Assembly: GCA_044892525.1 (NCBI GenBank)
Contig: CM097887.1
Coordinates: forward strand, 1,302,001-1,366,000
DNA length: 64,000 bases
Source of the DNA: Schmidtea polychroa
Lineage: Eukaryota
Direction of reading: 5' to 3'
The translations under genes and the position numbers were made by a program. A model generated the notes under the pieces. The model saw only the letters and a list, made by a program, of their open reading frames with translations. It was not told the origin of the DNA and did no database searches. How positions within the stretch are numbered: position 1 is the first letter of the stretch; every line of letters starts with the position of its first letter. Below, in pieces: positions 42,101-54,700 of this stretch.

Positions 42101-45100
42101 ACCCGATTGACCCCGCTAATCAAGCCCCTAATCAGTGCGGTACGCTCCGAGCCATGCGTGACGCTCCAGACCGAGGCATGCATCGCATTGGCTCAACTTG
42201 TTGTCGACCATAATTCTCAGGCTCGACTGATTGCTCCCATCACTAAATTGGTGAACAATCTCCTCCAATACCAATCGGATGCGATCGATTCGTTGGCAAC
42301 AGGCCAACCGCATGACGAGGAGCAGCATGAAATCGTGGCCCTCTACAAGACATCGCAATTGGGCAGGGAGGCATTCCCTCGCCAGGAGGACAACCCTACT
42401 GCTGTTGCCATTGACAATGAAGTTTCCATTAAGCTGCGTGGGTCCCGCATGGCGCTGGAGAAGATTTACAGTCGATTTGTTTGCTCATCCGATCCAGATT
42501 TAGGCCATTCATTCCTGATGGAGATAATTTATCACGGCCCCCTCAAGCTGCTGGTGCACCAGGATCAGAACCATCCCCATGACAACAACATCAACAACAA
42601 CAGAATCATAGTGGCGCTGCGTGCCATGTCCACCTGCCTGCCATTCATCAAGCCAGCATCAAATAGATTACATCCAACAATATCATTCACCAGTTACGCT
42701 CAATCAATATTCCACATGGGCCTCTCACACATTGATCCAATCATTCGCCATTGGAGCGCTCGAGTGCTTGCTATCCTCATCATGCCGCAATCACCAACTG
42801 ACAATATCGAATTGTCCTCCAAATTGATCGATATCATTCTCCTCGGGGAAGCATTGAAAGCCCTGGAAACTAGCAGCAATGAGAAACTTTGTTGCGGCGC
42901 CATCGAGCTCCTCTATCTCGTGTGTCACAGTGGCCTGTTGCCATACCGACTGGCTATTGCTGTGATCGTGCTGCCAGTGGTGCTGGTCTGTCTGAATGCT
43001 CCATTTGATCCAGTGCGTCGCGTTGCAACTCATGTGTTCTCTCTCCTGCTCACCTTGCTGCCCCTTGAGTCATCTGGAGCGGACCTATCAATATTGACCC
43101 CAGCTAGACTCCACCAACGCAAGCAGCATCTCACATTTCTCGACAACCTGCTAAATCCTAAGCTGATTGGTCCATATAATGCCCATCAGGCGGTTGTAAG
43201 CGCCAAGCTCCGCCAATACCAAGAGGAGGGCGTCAATTGGCTGGGCTTCCTCAATCGATACGGTCTCCATGGGGTGCTTGCTGATGACATGGGGCTCGGC
43301 AAGACGTTGCAAGCGATCTGTGTGATAGCAGGAGAGTACAGTAGAGCACCAAGCACTTGCCCTCCATCACTCATTGTTTGTCCACCAACTCTCACTAATC
43401 ATTGGCAGCAGGAATTCAAACAGTTCCTCACTAATGTCCCTGATTTCCAGACAATTATCTACACAGGAACCCCAATGTATCGGCAGTGCATTTACAGTGG
43501 TCTCTGGCGTCATCAAGTTGTTATCACATCGTATGACACGCTTCGTAGCGATATCAATTTGCTGGCTAGGCCCGCATTCTCTCACTGTGGCGGCGGTACC
43601 AATGCAGGTACCAATGCAGGTACCAACGGCAGCACCAATCAGGACCAATCAGTTGCATCGAGTGCTGTGTGGAACTATATCGTGCTCGATGAGGGACACC
43701 TCATCCGCAACTACAAGAGCAAGGTTGCCATAGCAACAAAGTCGCTATGTGCCCGGCACCGGCTGGTGCTCACCGGAACGCCGATACAGAACCGAGTCGG
43801 TGAGTTGTGGTCGCTATTTGATTTCCTGATGCCAGGGCTGCTGGGAACGCGCACAGAATTCAATCGGCGCTACGGACGGCTGCTAGAGCAAAACGGGTCG
43901 AATTGCGGCAGGAAAGTTGACAGTGAGGCTGGTACCGCTGCCCTTGAATTGTTGCATCGACAAGTGTTACCATTCATGTTGCGACGGGTTAAGGATGATG
44001 TGCTCCAGGAGTTACCAGCTAAGATAATGCAGGATTACATGTGTACAATGAGCCCATTACAATTGCGCCTCTATACTCATTGCATCCAATCACAGGCAAT
44101 CTCAGATTCCATTGGTCCAGATTTCACTGGCCTCATGGACGGCAGCAGCAGCGGATCAATCAATCAGCACCATCACGGGTTCCAGGCAATGCATTATTTG
44201 CGGCTGGTATGCAACCATCCAAGCTTGGGCCTGACCAGCAGTCACCCATTGCATCGCACCATCATGAGAGAGCTCGCTACCAACAATCAATCTATCGATG
44301 ATATCAATCTGTCTGGGAAACTCGTTGCTTTGAGGTAAGGATTTCTATTGGCTGTTGATCACTCGGTTGGGGGGGGCCGCATATATGTGTGTGTATATTG
44401 ATTGGCTACTGATCACTCGTTTGGGGGGGGGTAGCGCATATATATGTGTATATTGATTGGTTGTTGATCTATTGGTTGGGGGGGGGGCGCATATATGTGT
44501 GTGTATTGATTGGCTGCTGATCACTCGTTGGGGGGGGGCGCATATATATGTGTGTATATTGATTGGTTGTTGATCTATTGGTTGATTGCAGACAGCTGAT
44601 TCTTGATTGCGGCATCGGTGTCAGTGGCTATGGCAACGGTAACACCAACGGCAACGAGGAGGGTGAGGAAGGGGAGAATGACACAGTGAGTAGCGTTGTT
44701 GCTAGCAACCGGTTGCTGGTGTTCTGTCAATCCATCAAGATGATGGAGTTGGTGGAGAGAATGATTCGGTTGGTGGTCATTTATTTGATGATATATAAAT
44801 ATTATTGATTTGGTTCCTTGTCTACCCTATAGTAGCGATATGCCCAAGGCAACTCATCTGAGGCTGGATGGCTCGGTTCCTGTGAGGGACAGGCAACGGA
44901 TCGTGGACAAATTCAGCTCTGACGCGTCAATTGATATATTGCTATTGACAACGAGCATCGGTGGGCTCGGGCTCAACCTGACATCGGCAAACATTGTGAT
45001 ATTTGTTGAGCACGATTGGAACCCGATGCGTGACCTGCAGGCAATGGATCGTGCTCACCGTATCGGACAGAAACACACGGTCATTGTTTATCGATTGATC

Positions 45101-45409
45101 ACAGCACAATCGATCGAGGAGAAGATTATGAACCTGCAGGAATTCAAAAAGTTCGTTGCTAATGCGGTTGTTAGCAAAGACAATAAGCAGATGGGCTCGA
45201 TGAACACGGAAAATATTCTGGACATCATGAACAAGGATGCGAATTGGCCAGCGCCATCCACAGCAATGACAAACAGCAAGCCAAACAGTGGCGGAACAGC
45301 AGTACAGCTCAGTAAGATCAGCAAAGCAGAAAGCGGGGAACGCTCATATGAATGCCTCAGTGAATACGACCAGGAGTATAATTTGGATAGTTTTGTAAAG
45401 AAATTATAA
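39178..45409 (+). CDS. BTAF1: TATA-binding protein-associated factor 172 / Mot1 SNF2 ATPase, 11 exons, ~1829 aa
   Basis: Exons 39178-39188, 39244-39364, 39419-39656, 39703-39818, 39860-39933, 39985-40231, 40286-40381, 40439-40615, 40679-44334, 44592-44768 and 44833-45409 join in frame. N-terminus MASRLDKLFELL..RNAAAIQIG; WEIRHGAA; DFVSDEMVAPVRESCAQALG; Walker A DDMGLGKT; DEGH; HDWNPMRDLQAMDRAHRIGQ. Confidence 0.95.
44345..44590. repeat. ~57-62 bp intronic minisatellite x ~4 (ATTGG..GATC..G-run..GCATATAT(GT)n)
   Basis: Directly visible; fills BTAF1 intron 44335-44591. Confidence 0.85.
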
Positions 45410-45479
45410 ATTAATTTGTAGTTGCATTGTTTCTTAATTTTTTATGGGAGATTTGATGGGGGAGGCTTTTCATATTGGT

Positions 45480-45720
45480 TAATGATGCTTTACTCGTCAT
45501 TTGGTATGATGGCCTATTCATTATTGATTAATAAGATGTTACGCGTCATCTTGGTATGGGAGCGTGGTCCATATTGATTAACGAAATGTTACGCATCATT
45601 TTGTGTTGGAGGCCTATTCATTATTAACGAATCAACTTTTGGAAATTATTTTGGTATAGCTAATTATTCCGTTTATCAGATTATAATAAATAGCACCACT
45701 TACCTATATGAGGGTCCCAA
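45480..45720 (+). repeat. Diverged direct repeat, copy 1 (with ~55-60 bp internal subunits)
   Basis: Shares AATTATTCCGTTTATCAGATTA.A.AAATAGCA.CACTTA and the CATCATTT..GGCCT..TATTGATTAAT subunits with 49080-49260. Confidence 0.7.
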
Positions 45721-45819
45721 CCTTATTGATTAATGAGCTGTTGCAACTGGTGGGTTACGAGTTTTACGAGTCTTGCATATGTTTGTCTTATCTCGTTTAT
45801 TCTGTCGCTCTATTTTTAT

Positions 45820-45856
45820 TATTGATAATTATTATTATTATTATTATTATTATTAA

Positions 45857-45898
<42 letters not shown>

Positions 45899-45940
45899 CA
45901 TCATTATTATCATTATCATTATCATCATCATTAATATTAT
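45820..45940. repeat. (ATT/ATC)n microsatellite
   Basis: Directly visible. Confidence 0.95.
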
Positions 45941-46574
45941 GCTAATTGGTCCAGAGTACTTTTGGTAGCAGTTATGTTAATACTTCCCTAGGGAGGCATT
46001 ATTGCTATCATTCCTGGCAATACTACCAAGGCAATTATTTAGGTCACGAATATGAAACTGTGGAGGATAACGAATTCCCCTAATTTTCCTCTTTTTTAAT
46101 ACTGAGGTGATTCGGGATTCGGAGTATCATTCATCGAACTATTACTCCCATTAGTAATAAAATTAGTAAGGTGGATCATTATCATCACACTTATTATTAG
46201 CAGCATAGGCATAATTATCTTCAAAATTTTGTTTTGTTTGATTCTCATTCCATAGGAGGATTATTAGTTTTGTTATTATGAGTTATTATTCTATACAGTA
46301 CCCCATCTGACAATGGATCACCTCGGTTTTCCATTTAGAATTTTAGAAGTTATTTGAACAACTAGTAATTTATTTTGTAATATTTTGTTTTAATTGTTCT
46401 TAAAGCTATTTAATTTTATAACTCAATTTAGAGTGACAAGACATTTGCAACTAACAGGATGGCAATGTCTTATTTTATTATTTTTATCCAATTTATATTT
46501 TATTACGGTTTAAACTAAATATTTTTACTTTCCAAATGATTTACTCCGTGTTTCGAAATAATTGTTATACAAAA

Positions 46575-48337
46575 TGTTGGGCTGGAACCAATAATTGCGA
46601 GTTTGTTTTAATAAATCGGAAATACATAACATAAAAACCGCACCCAGTTGAATTAAAATCCATGTTCATACACAAAATAATACAAAATAAAATACATAAT
46701 ACATTGAGAATAAATAAAACACGTATAATAAAATAATGGAACGCAAGAAGTTACAATCACCAACACAGTTAGGAGAAATATCGCATTCGAAAAATCTACC
46801 AACTAGACAATAAAATAATAATAAATAAAATAATCGGTAATAAATTAATAATATGAAAATGTTTTAAATAAATAAATTTAAAATTGATACAAATATATCC
46901 AGTAAACTGATAAAATAATAAAAAATTAAAATAAAAGTAATAAAATTTTGTAAATTATAAAATTTATAAGACTAAATTGTTTAAATCAATGAAAACTAAA
47001 ATAAAACTAGCTAAAATTATTTAAATTATAAAATTTATAGAACTAAATCGTAAAAAAGAATAAAAATTAAAAATCTTAGATTAATAAAATTAAAAATAAA
47101 TAATTACACACACTCATGCATGCATACAAAAGAAATTCAAAATGTATCGCATTCTGATTGGATCTAGTGGCAGAGAATGCATGAATGCAGTCAAAATCAG
47201 TATAAATATTGATTGGAAATTCAGTTAAACAACTAGTATTAACTTGAAATCAAACTTGTTTTGCCAGACATTGCGAGACGCTCTGAGTTTTCGGTTCATG
47301 TCATCGTGGCAAGTTGGATTGAATTTTAGTAATTTAATGTAATGTTTAAATTCTATGTAATATATAATTGTTGTATTGTTATGAGTTAATAAAATGTTGA
47401 TTTTAGTAAATTTAGTTTGGTTAATTTTTTGATCGTTGTCTTAATTTTGTTTGGTTCATTTTAATATTTATTTCGAAGAGAATTTCTAGTAATTCTTAGT
47501 TTACATGAATGTTATTTAATTTAATTTTATTAATATTTTTCTGATTTATGAATGCCCCCAGATTGGAATGCGTTTGGTGACCGTTGGCACTAGTGCCGAT
47601 GAACATCAGATGCTGATAGAGTTTGGCACATCTTTCGATGGGGTATAGTAGAGATAGGGTCGATGAGAGGACATAGAGTAGTTTTGGACAGTTTGGAGCC
47701 TTGTTTTAAAAATAAATAGTATAGGACAGATCCGTCACCGTTATTTTTATGAATATTACTGAGTTAGGAGTGGTGACAGAGTAACTAAGATCGGTTGTAT
47801 GTAGATAAGGTTTAGTTTGGGTAATCTTATAGAATCTACGAATGATTAGGATGTCAAATAGGGCAGAAATAGAGATACAGGCAGATCCCCGCTCTAAATC
47901 TTTGGAAGATAAGTTAAATCTTCATAAATAAGACGAAAAATACATAGTAACATTTATTAACCGAAAATTAAGGGCGGATTCATGAACAAAAATATTTGAA
48001 GAGAACTATAGAAAACATCCAGAAATGAGAACCATAGGTAAATGAAGACATGTCAATGTCCAACAATAGAAATAGACAATAAATAATGAGGTAAGACCTT
48101 CTGTCAGCAGTCCAGAATCTGAACGGAAAATACAACGAGGAGTAATTTTAGCAATGGAGCTCACGTGCTCATTGATTTTCAACCATTGCGTACAGTACCA
48201 ACATGTTCGTCGCCATGAGTACACAGATGGTTTAAAGAACAATAGTTATGAAGGAGTTTAGGAAGGAGTCAATTTAACATCTATAATTACCCCTAACACA
48301 TTAAAAAATCAACTGACACACCCCTAAGCGACCAACA
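46575..48337 (+). mobile_element. Solo-LTR-like dispersed repeat, copy C
   Basis: TGTTGGGCTGGAACC ... CCCCTAAGCGACCAACA (TG..CA termini with a 6-bp inverted match); flanks AAAA/AAAT; homologous to copies A and B. Confidence 0.75.
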
Positions 48338-48419
48338 AAAATTATAAAAGTAAAGGAAATGAAATGTATATTAAAATACAAGTCAATTAATCATTAGCAT
48401 AAGATAAGAACAATAAATC

Positions 48420-48790
48420 ATCATTTATCCTCGCTTGTCAGTGGTTGGTTATTTTGTGCGGCATTGAGTTGCTTGACCATCTTTCGCTTTTTCTCCCCGG
48501 GACGCGGTTTGGTTTCCTTGGGTTCATATACTGATGTCGAAAATCTGGTTATAAGAGCGACTAACACTGGTAATAACTCATGCTGAGGATAGATTGCAGT
48601 TTATCCGACGCACGCATCTGTAAAATTCTGCACTCAGTTTGATTAGTCTTTGGGCTTGTTCGCAGATAGTGATTTTAAGTTCTTGAATTATCCCTTGGTC
48701 CTCGTTTCTGGTCTATTCCATCACCTCGATTTGTCGATGGATCTTCTCGACGTAGTCTCATTTGTCCTGCATAAACTCATAATTTTCTGG
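48420..48790 (-). pseudogene. Decayed coding-like segment (coiled-coil-like, unidentified)
   Basis: Higher GC than the flanks. Reads YEFMQDK*DYVEKIHRQIEVME*TRNEDQGIIQELK... and then, frameshifted, ...RKMVKQLNAAQNNQPLTSEDK*. Confidence 0.35.
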
Positions 48791-49079
48791 AAAACATAAC
48801 ATAGGCTCTTGAATTTAAATTTCAAAATAAAATTCTTTTTGTAATGTTGTTTTTTTGCATTTTTAAATCAAATTCTTATTTTATTTCATATTTTTTAATT
48901 TTTATTATATATTTTTAATTTTGTTTTCTCTTTTTCAATTTACTCTAATTTGTTATATCTTTTTCTTGAACTCTTACCTGATATTTTATCTATTTTTATC
49001 TTTTCGCCCCTCTTTTGCACTGTGTTATCAACTTAATTAAACAAAAGATTTCTTTTCCAGTTATGGTCCAACACCCGAT

Positions 49080-49260
49080 TTATGTTTGATTATTCAGCTG
49101 TTCCAAATTATTTGGTATGAAGGCCCAAACCGTATTGATTAATAATGTGTTGCACATCATTTAAATCGGGGCCTGTTTCCTATTGATTAATCAAGTGTTG
49201 CAAAATATTTTGTATGGGAAATTATTCCGTTTATCAGATTAGAGAAATAGCATCACTTAT
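49080..49260 (+). repeat. Diverged direct repeat, copy 2
   Basis: Homologous to 45480-45720. Confidence 0.7.
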
Positions 49261-49973
49261 TGCTGCATACGGGGAATTTCAATGCGTTTGGGATATAGTG
49301 AAATGTTGTGCAGTAAGTTTTGTTTTGATTAATTTCGTGCTGTTCACCTTTTGCAGGTGTGAGATCCTCCAGGCGTATTTACCAGAGAATTTGTGGAAAT
49401 CTCTTTTTCACACGTCAATTATTGCCAGCTGTAGCTTCATTGTTAATATTGTAATTATGCAAATTTGCGTTTGCTAATTAAATGTGTCTGACGTAATCCA
49501 ATCTCGGATAGAATTTCTACATAATCCGGCAGTCGTTTGTTTACAAATGATTTATCTAAATTATTTGTTATTTCATATGCACTTCCAGATATATTTCTAG
49601 AATTTATTTTATCTGAAATACGTTAACGTTCACTGATATTTGTATGAAGAATTCGTTATTATTCGACTCAGTTATACACTAGAAACTCCACTCCACAGTT
49701 AATTAAAGGACATTTGTTTTAAATTTTCATTTCTCAAGGTCAATTCAATATAATCATATTGATATTGTTATTATATCGCAATGAAACTGATGATAAAAAT
49801 GTGAATATAATGATGGTAAAAGTGAAGAATGAATTATATAATTTGCAAATCAAATTCTGCCAAATAAAGTATAAAATAAAATCATGCTATCACAAGAATG
49901 AATTGAATTGGCTGATAAAAAACTGACAATAAATATTTTATATTAAAAACAACATTTATTAGCATCTAATCAA

Positions 49974-50310
49974 TTAAATTGGTGTTTGAGTATTTTTAGC
50001 TACTATCAATTCATTGAAATGTTTCTTACAATAGAGGATTCCTTTGTCTTGGGCATAATTATTCAGTCTGATAATTTACAGATTAATAAACTCACAGAAT
50101 ATCAATTATAATTCTTACTTTAATGACATGTCACATTGAGCACATCGAAAACAAAGTCTGTGCCATATCAAACTCCCAGCTTCCATTCTTTCATTAGCAT
50201 AGACAGATTTCTTGCATCTTTCACACTTCTCATTAGTTGACTAGAATGAATATCAGCAATTAAAATGTGAAGAAAATGAGAAAAAACAAAATTCTAACTG
50301 TAAACGGCAT
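49974..50310 (-). CDS. Single-LIM-domain small protein, 3 exons, 75 aa
   Basis: Exons 50310-50299, 50240-50119 and 50067-49974 splice in frame to MPFTSTNEKCERCKKSVYANERMEAGSLIWHRLCFRCAQCDMSLKLNNYAQDKGILYCKKHFNELIVAKNTQTPI. All 8 LIM zinc ligands (C-x2-C..H-x2-C-x2-C-x2-C..C-x2-H) are present. Confidence 0.92.
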
Positions 50311-51149
50311 CGAGATAAATTGAACTGAAGGAAATTCGACAATTTGAAGTAGTTATACATCTTACATTCACAACTGACTCACAACATGCGTTTCTGCACA
50401 ATGATTGGATGGTAATGGTGAATGTGTGTGTGTTTACACATGTGCGTGCGTGTTCACGCGTGTGTGTGCGCAAACTGTGTGCACTCTGTCCAATACTGTT
50501 TACAAAAATTTGGTCAAAACAAATTCGGTTCACACGGAGAATTTGCACGTGACTAAATGCAACATTTACTATTAATAAATAATTAATATAATTAATTTTA
50601 ATATTATTAATAAATATCATTTCCTTATTCGACTTGCTATAAGTAAAGAAAATTTTATCTCGAAAATCTCTCGCCATCAACATATTTATCTTATATGACA
50701 AATAAATTGAATTAATAAATTTGATTTAATTACTTTATTTCTATTTTCGTTTGATTGTGCCGATGGTAATAATATATAAAAATAGAATTTATAATTAATA
50801 TTGCTTAATCAAATGAATTAATTACATAATTTTAGCATTTGTAATAGTTTTACCCATCTGTTTCAAGGTCATTTTATGGCGGCGCGAAATCAAATTATTG
50901 AGAATAATTATTTGTGAAACATGAATAATATCTAATTATTTCAATCTTAATAAGATCAGTGAATGAAAATGGAATATTTTTGTCTGAAATTTTTATCAAT
51001 TTGAAATTTGAGTGAAATTAAAATTTTATATATTTATTTCGTGTTTTGATTGATAAAATTAGATTGTTTTCTTCAATGTTTCTATTATTATAAAATATTT
51101 GTTTAATCTTTATTTAAGTTGGCATTTGTCGTGAAATTTGACACTGATT

Positions 51150-51400
51150 TCATGCACCTTTGCTGCAATTTAATGGCAACACGAAGCATTGTGGAGTTGT
51201 AGCTGTTGGTGTAATAGATATCCACATCATCACAAGCGACCTTGATACTATCCAGCTTGAATGGAACCAGAAAAACAAAGATGAGAACCTCACGGGCCTC
51301 CTAAAATATAAATCCATTTGATTCAACGTGTCAACCGAAGGATACAAAACATATTTTGACCCGATCAAATATTAAAGTTCTGCCTATTGCACAATAACGC
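51150..51400 (+). pseudogene. Possible LINE apurinic endonuclease remnant
   Basis: LLQFNGN...DIHIITSD loosely resembles the N-terminal ILQWN..DI.. motif of LINE APE domains; interrupted by stops. Confidence 0.25.
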
Positions 51401-51709
51401 TGTAAGTTCAGTACTCATTTCCATGGATTATTCCTTACTGTCCTTATCATTAAAGGTGTGTAACCCTGGAACCGATCAGTTTAATTAATCATACAATTAG
51501 GCAAACCACAATGTGGAACAACCTCCTCACTCGGCTCCTCCCCTAATGCCTATGCCAAGCTTTTCCATTAGTTCACTGTTGGCCACTTAATTTCAATTTC
51601 TTTTCATGGGTTTTTATCCTCTTACTTTGGTGCCTCAATCATATTACCTTTGTAAGGGTTCTAAACCTATAATATTCCATGCAGCAAGTTATCTGGCAGG
51701 CCAGTAAGT

Positions 51710-54700
51710 AAGCCCCCCCTTAAACGCAAGTCTGCCCCCCCCCCAAATAAAAAAACGGACATGAATAAAAAATTACATTCAATATGTTTGATAAAAGAAA
51801 AATTGCTATCGTGCACACATGCATTGACATGGGTGTGCATGAGTTGCACATGTAGAGGTTTATGTAGTGTGGACGGGGGTAGGATGTTCCATCTATCTGC
51901 CTCACTGGAAGAGACTGGCATATGAAGTCGGTGGCGTGGGTAGGGTGCGTGCTGTCTGTGTTTCCTGACTCACAGGCAGTAACAACGCATGGAGGCATGA
52001 TTGAGTGTCAGAGCACGGAGTGGGTGCATTGTGGTCTTTATACGATGGTAGAGAGATAGGCCAATGAGCAGAGTGACATGTTAATTGATCATATTTTGTA
52101 ACATTATTTTCATCGTATTAGAACATGTCGACACAAAAAAGTATCATGAATTTCTTCCAAGTCATTCCAAAGAATTCTGTGACTTCAGTCACTTCATCCA
52201 GTGATAGTATCTCTGCTACTATGTCCTCAACTTGTGCTAGTCCTTCATCTGTACCTGCTATTTCATGTATCCGTGACAGTGCAGTGATGTCCTCATCTTC
52301 TTGTGCACCTGCTAAGACTCTGTCATCTACTAAATGTGATCTGGGTGAAGAAATGCCACGCCAGCCAACTGATGTAAATTTCCCAAAGACTTCGTTTGGT
52401 TCAAGGGAACGCTCATTTTCGTCTGTGTGGTATAATGGAAGACCATATTTGGAGTACTCTATTGAGAAAGATGCAGTCTTCTGCTTTTGCTGTAGAAAAT
52501 TTTCATTGCCCGGCTCTGCTGGCGAAAGTGCTTTCAGAACAGGAGGATTCCGAAATTGGAAATCGGCTTTAGAAAAAGGAAAAGGTTTTCAAAAACATGA
52601 ATCTTCTGCTGGCCACATCCATGCCATGGAACGCTGGAAAGAGAAACAGCTGAGATGTGAAAAAGGTGAGGAAGTTTGCACTTTGATTAATGAAACACAG
52701 CTGAAGAACAACCGTTATTATGTCAACGAAATCGTTGACGTTGTAAAGTTTCTTGTGACAAATGAATTAGCCTTTCGTGGTGACAGTTTCAGTAGAGATG
52801 ATATTGATGAGGATGATAAGCTTCCGTGTGGTCTATTTTTACGTCTCTTCGAATACACTGTTAAGAAAAATCCTGAGCTGGCTCGAATCATTAAAACGAT
52901 TCCCAAAATTGCCACGTACACATCACCTCGAATTCAAAATGAAATTATCGCGTTAATGGCATCAATAGTGCAAGAGTCAATTGTTAAGAAGTGCAAGTCT
53001 GCGGATGTTGAATATTTTACTCTGAAGGTGGATGGTACCAAAGATCGAACAGGGACTGAGAATGTGTCGATTGCCATAAGGTTTGTCTCAGCAGGACAAC
53101 CTCAGGAGCACTTAATCTGCATTTCCCGAACAATTGCTCTCAATGCAGAGGCCTTCACAGATGTAATTTTGACAACCTTGAAAGAGGCTCAGTTGGATCC
53201 TAAAAATATAATTTCCCAATGCTATGATGGAGCCGCTGTTATGTCTGGACAGCATGGTGGGGTGCAGGCCTTGCTTCAGGAGCGTCTACAAAAAGAAATT
53301 CCGTATGTCCATTGCTTCAACCACAAGTTGCATTTGGTTGTTGTGTGTGCCGTTTCTGAGTGCCAAAAACTGCGGGACTTCTTCGACATATGCAGAAACT
53401 TATACACATTTTTGTCATATCCTAAGGTTGCGGCCATATATCAAGGCGATAAATTGACACGGCTCATGGAACATCGTTGGACAGGACACTTGCAGACGAC
53501 TCAGGCAATAACAACTAATTATGATACAATTGTGAATTTGCTTGAGATGTGTTCTAGTAGACATTCTCACTTTTCAATTGATATTCAATTGGAAGCTACT
53601 GGACTCTTGCATCGAGTCAATGAAGTGGAGTTTCAGTTCATTGCACACATGGTGCTCTCATTGCTGACTATCCTTGAAACAGCCAACAATAGCTTGCAGG
53701 GTCAAGCAATGGACCTTTCTTCAGCATGTGATGTTATGGATGCCGTCATAGAGCGCATTCGCAGCCTACGCAATGAAGAGGAATTCCAAGTTCTTTTTGG
53801 GAAATTCGAAGGTCAAATGGATATGGAACGGACACTAAAAAGAAGAAGAACTCAGATGAACTCAAAATTAGACAACTTCATTGTGTTCGGATCTGTGGGA
53901 CAGCCAGAACACCAGGCCTTGCCTATCAGATGCGCATATCGCCAGATGTATTACGAAGTCGTTGATAGGACTCTGCAGGAACTAACAAAACGCTTCGGTG
54001 TCACCAACAGAAGCCTTTATAAGTCTCTTGCATGTTTGAAGACTGATCACGCAAACTTTTTGAATATTGAGGATCTCAAGACTTTAGCGACACTGTGTGG
54101 CGTGGACCTAAGCGAAACCCAATATGAATTTGAAACTGCAAAGGTTTTCCTATTGAAGAGAGCCAGTACTGTGACAAACGTTCATCAGTTAGTGCAAGAA
54201 CTGTACTCATACCGAGATGCTTTTCCATCTGTCTATCGTCTTGCAGCTTCTGCACTGACAATCGGTGCTTCAACTGCCACATGTGAGGCGACTTTCAGTA
54301 CTTTATCTCGTGTCTTAACTCCCTTTCGTACGTCGATGAGCCATTCTCGTAAAGCCAACCTTGTATTGCTCTCATTTGAAAGTGACATCAGTAATAACAT
54401 CAAATCTGATGAGTTTCTTCGGCGGTTTCATGAAATGAAAAATCGTCGACTGCAGCTATTTTCAGTCATGTCGATATCTCACACACGTAATTTCTTTTTT
54501 CTGGATCTAGTTCCTGTGTAATTTCTATTGCACTCACCTTTAGTTTTCAAATCTGTGTGACTGTGTGTTCTGTCTTTGTATGTCCAATTGTCCGTCGTGC
54601 AAATACATACAGCTATTTGTTTTTTGTGTTTGTTCCTAAAAAATGTGCGAAAATCATTTCCTATATACTAGTATATGCAATAATGTAGCAAAATAATGCT

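Noticed and set aside
28876-45409. GC-rich coding blocks as contamination or chimeric assembly
   Set aside because: AT-rich and GC-rich parts belong to the same reading frames, match consecutive parts of the same proteins, and switch within exons. Long-read confirmation is still advisable.
45708-45968. Poly-Ile hydrophobic ORF
   Set aside because: Translation of an (ATT/ATC)n microsatellite.
48640-48760. Stop-codon reassignment suggested by in-frame TGA/TAG in a protein-like segment
   Set aside because: All seven confident genes translate with the standard code and have no internal stops; the segment also has a frameshift.
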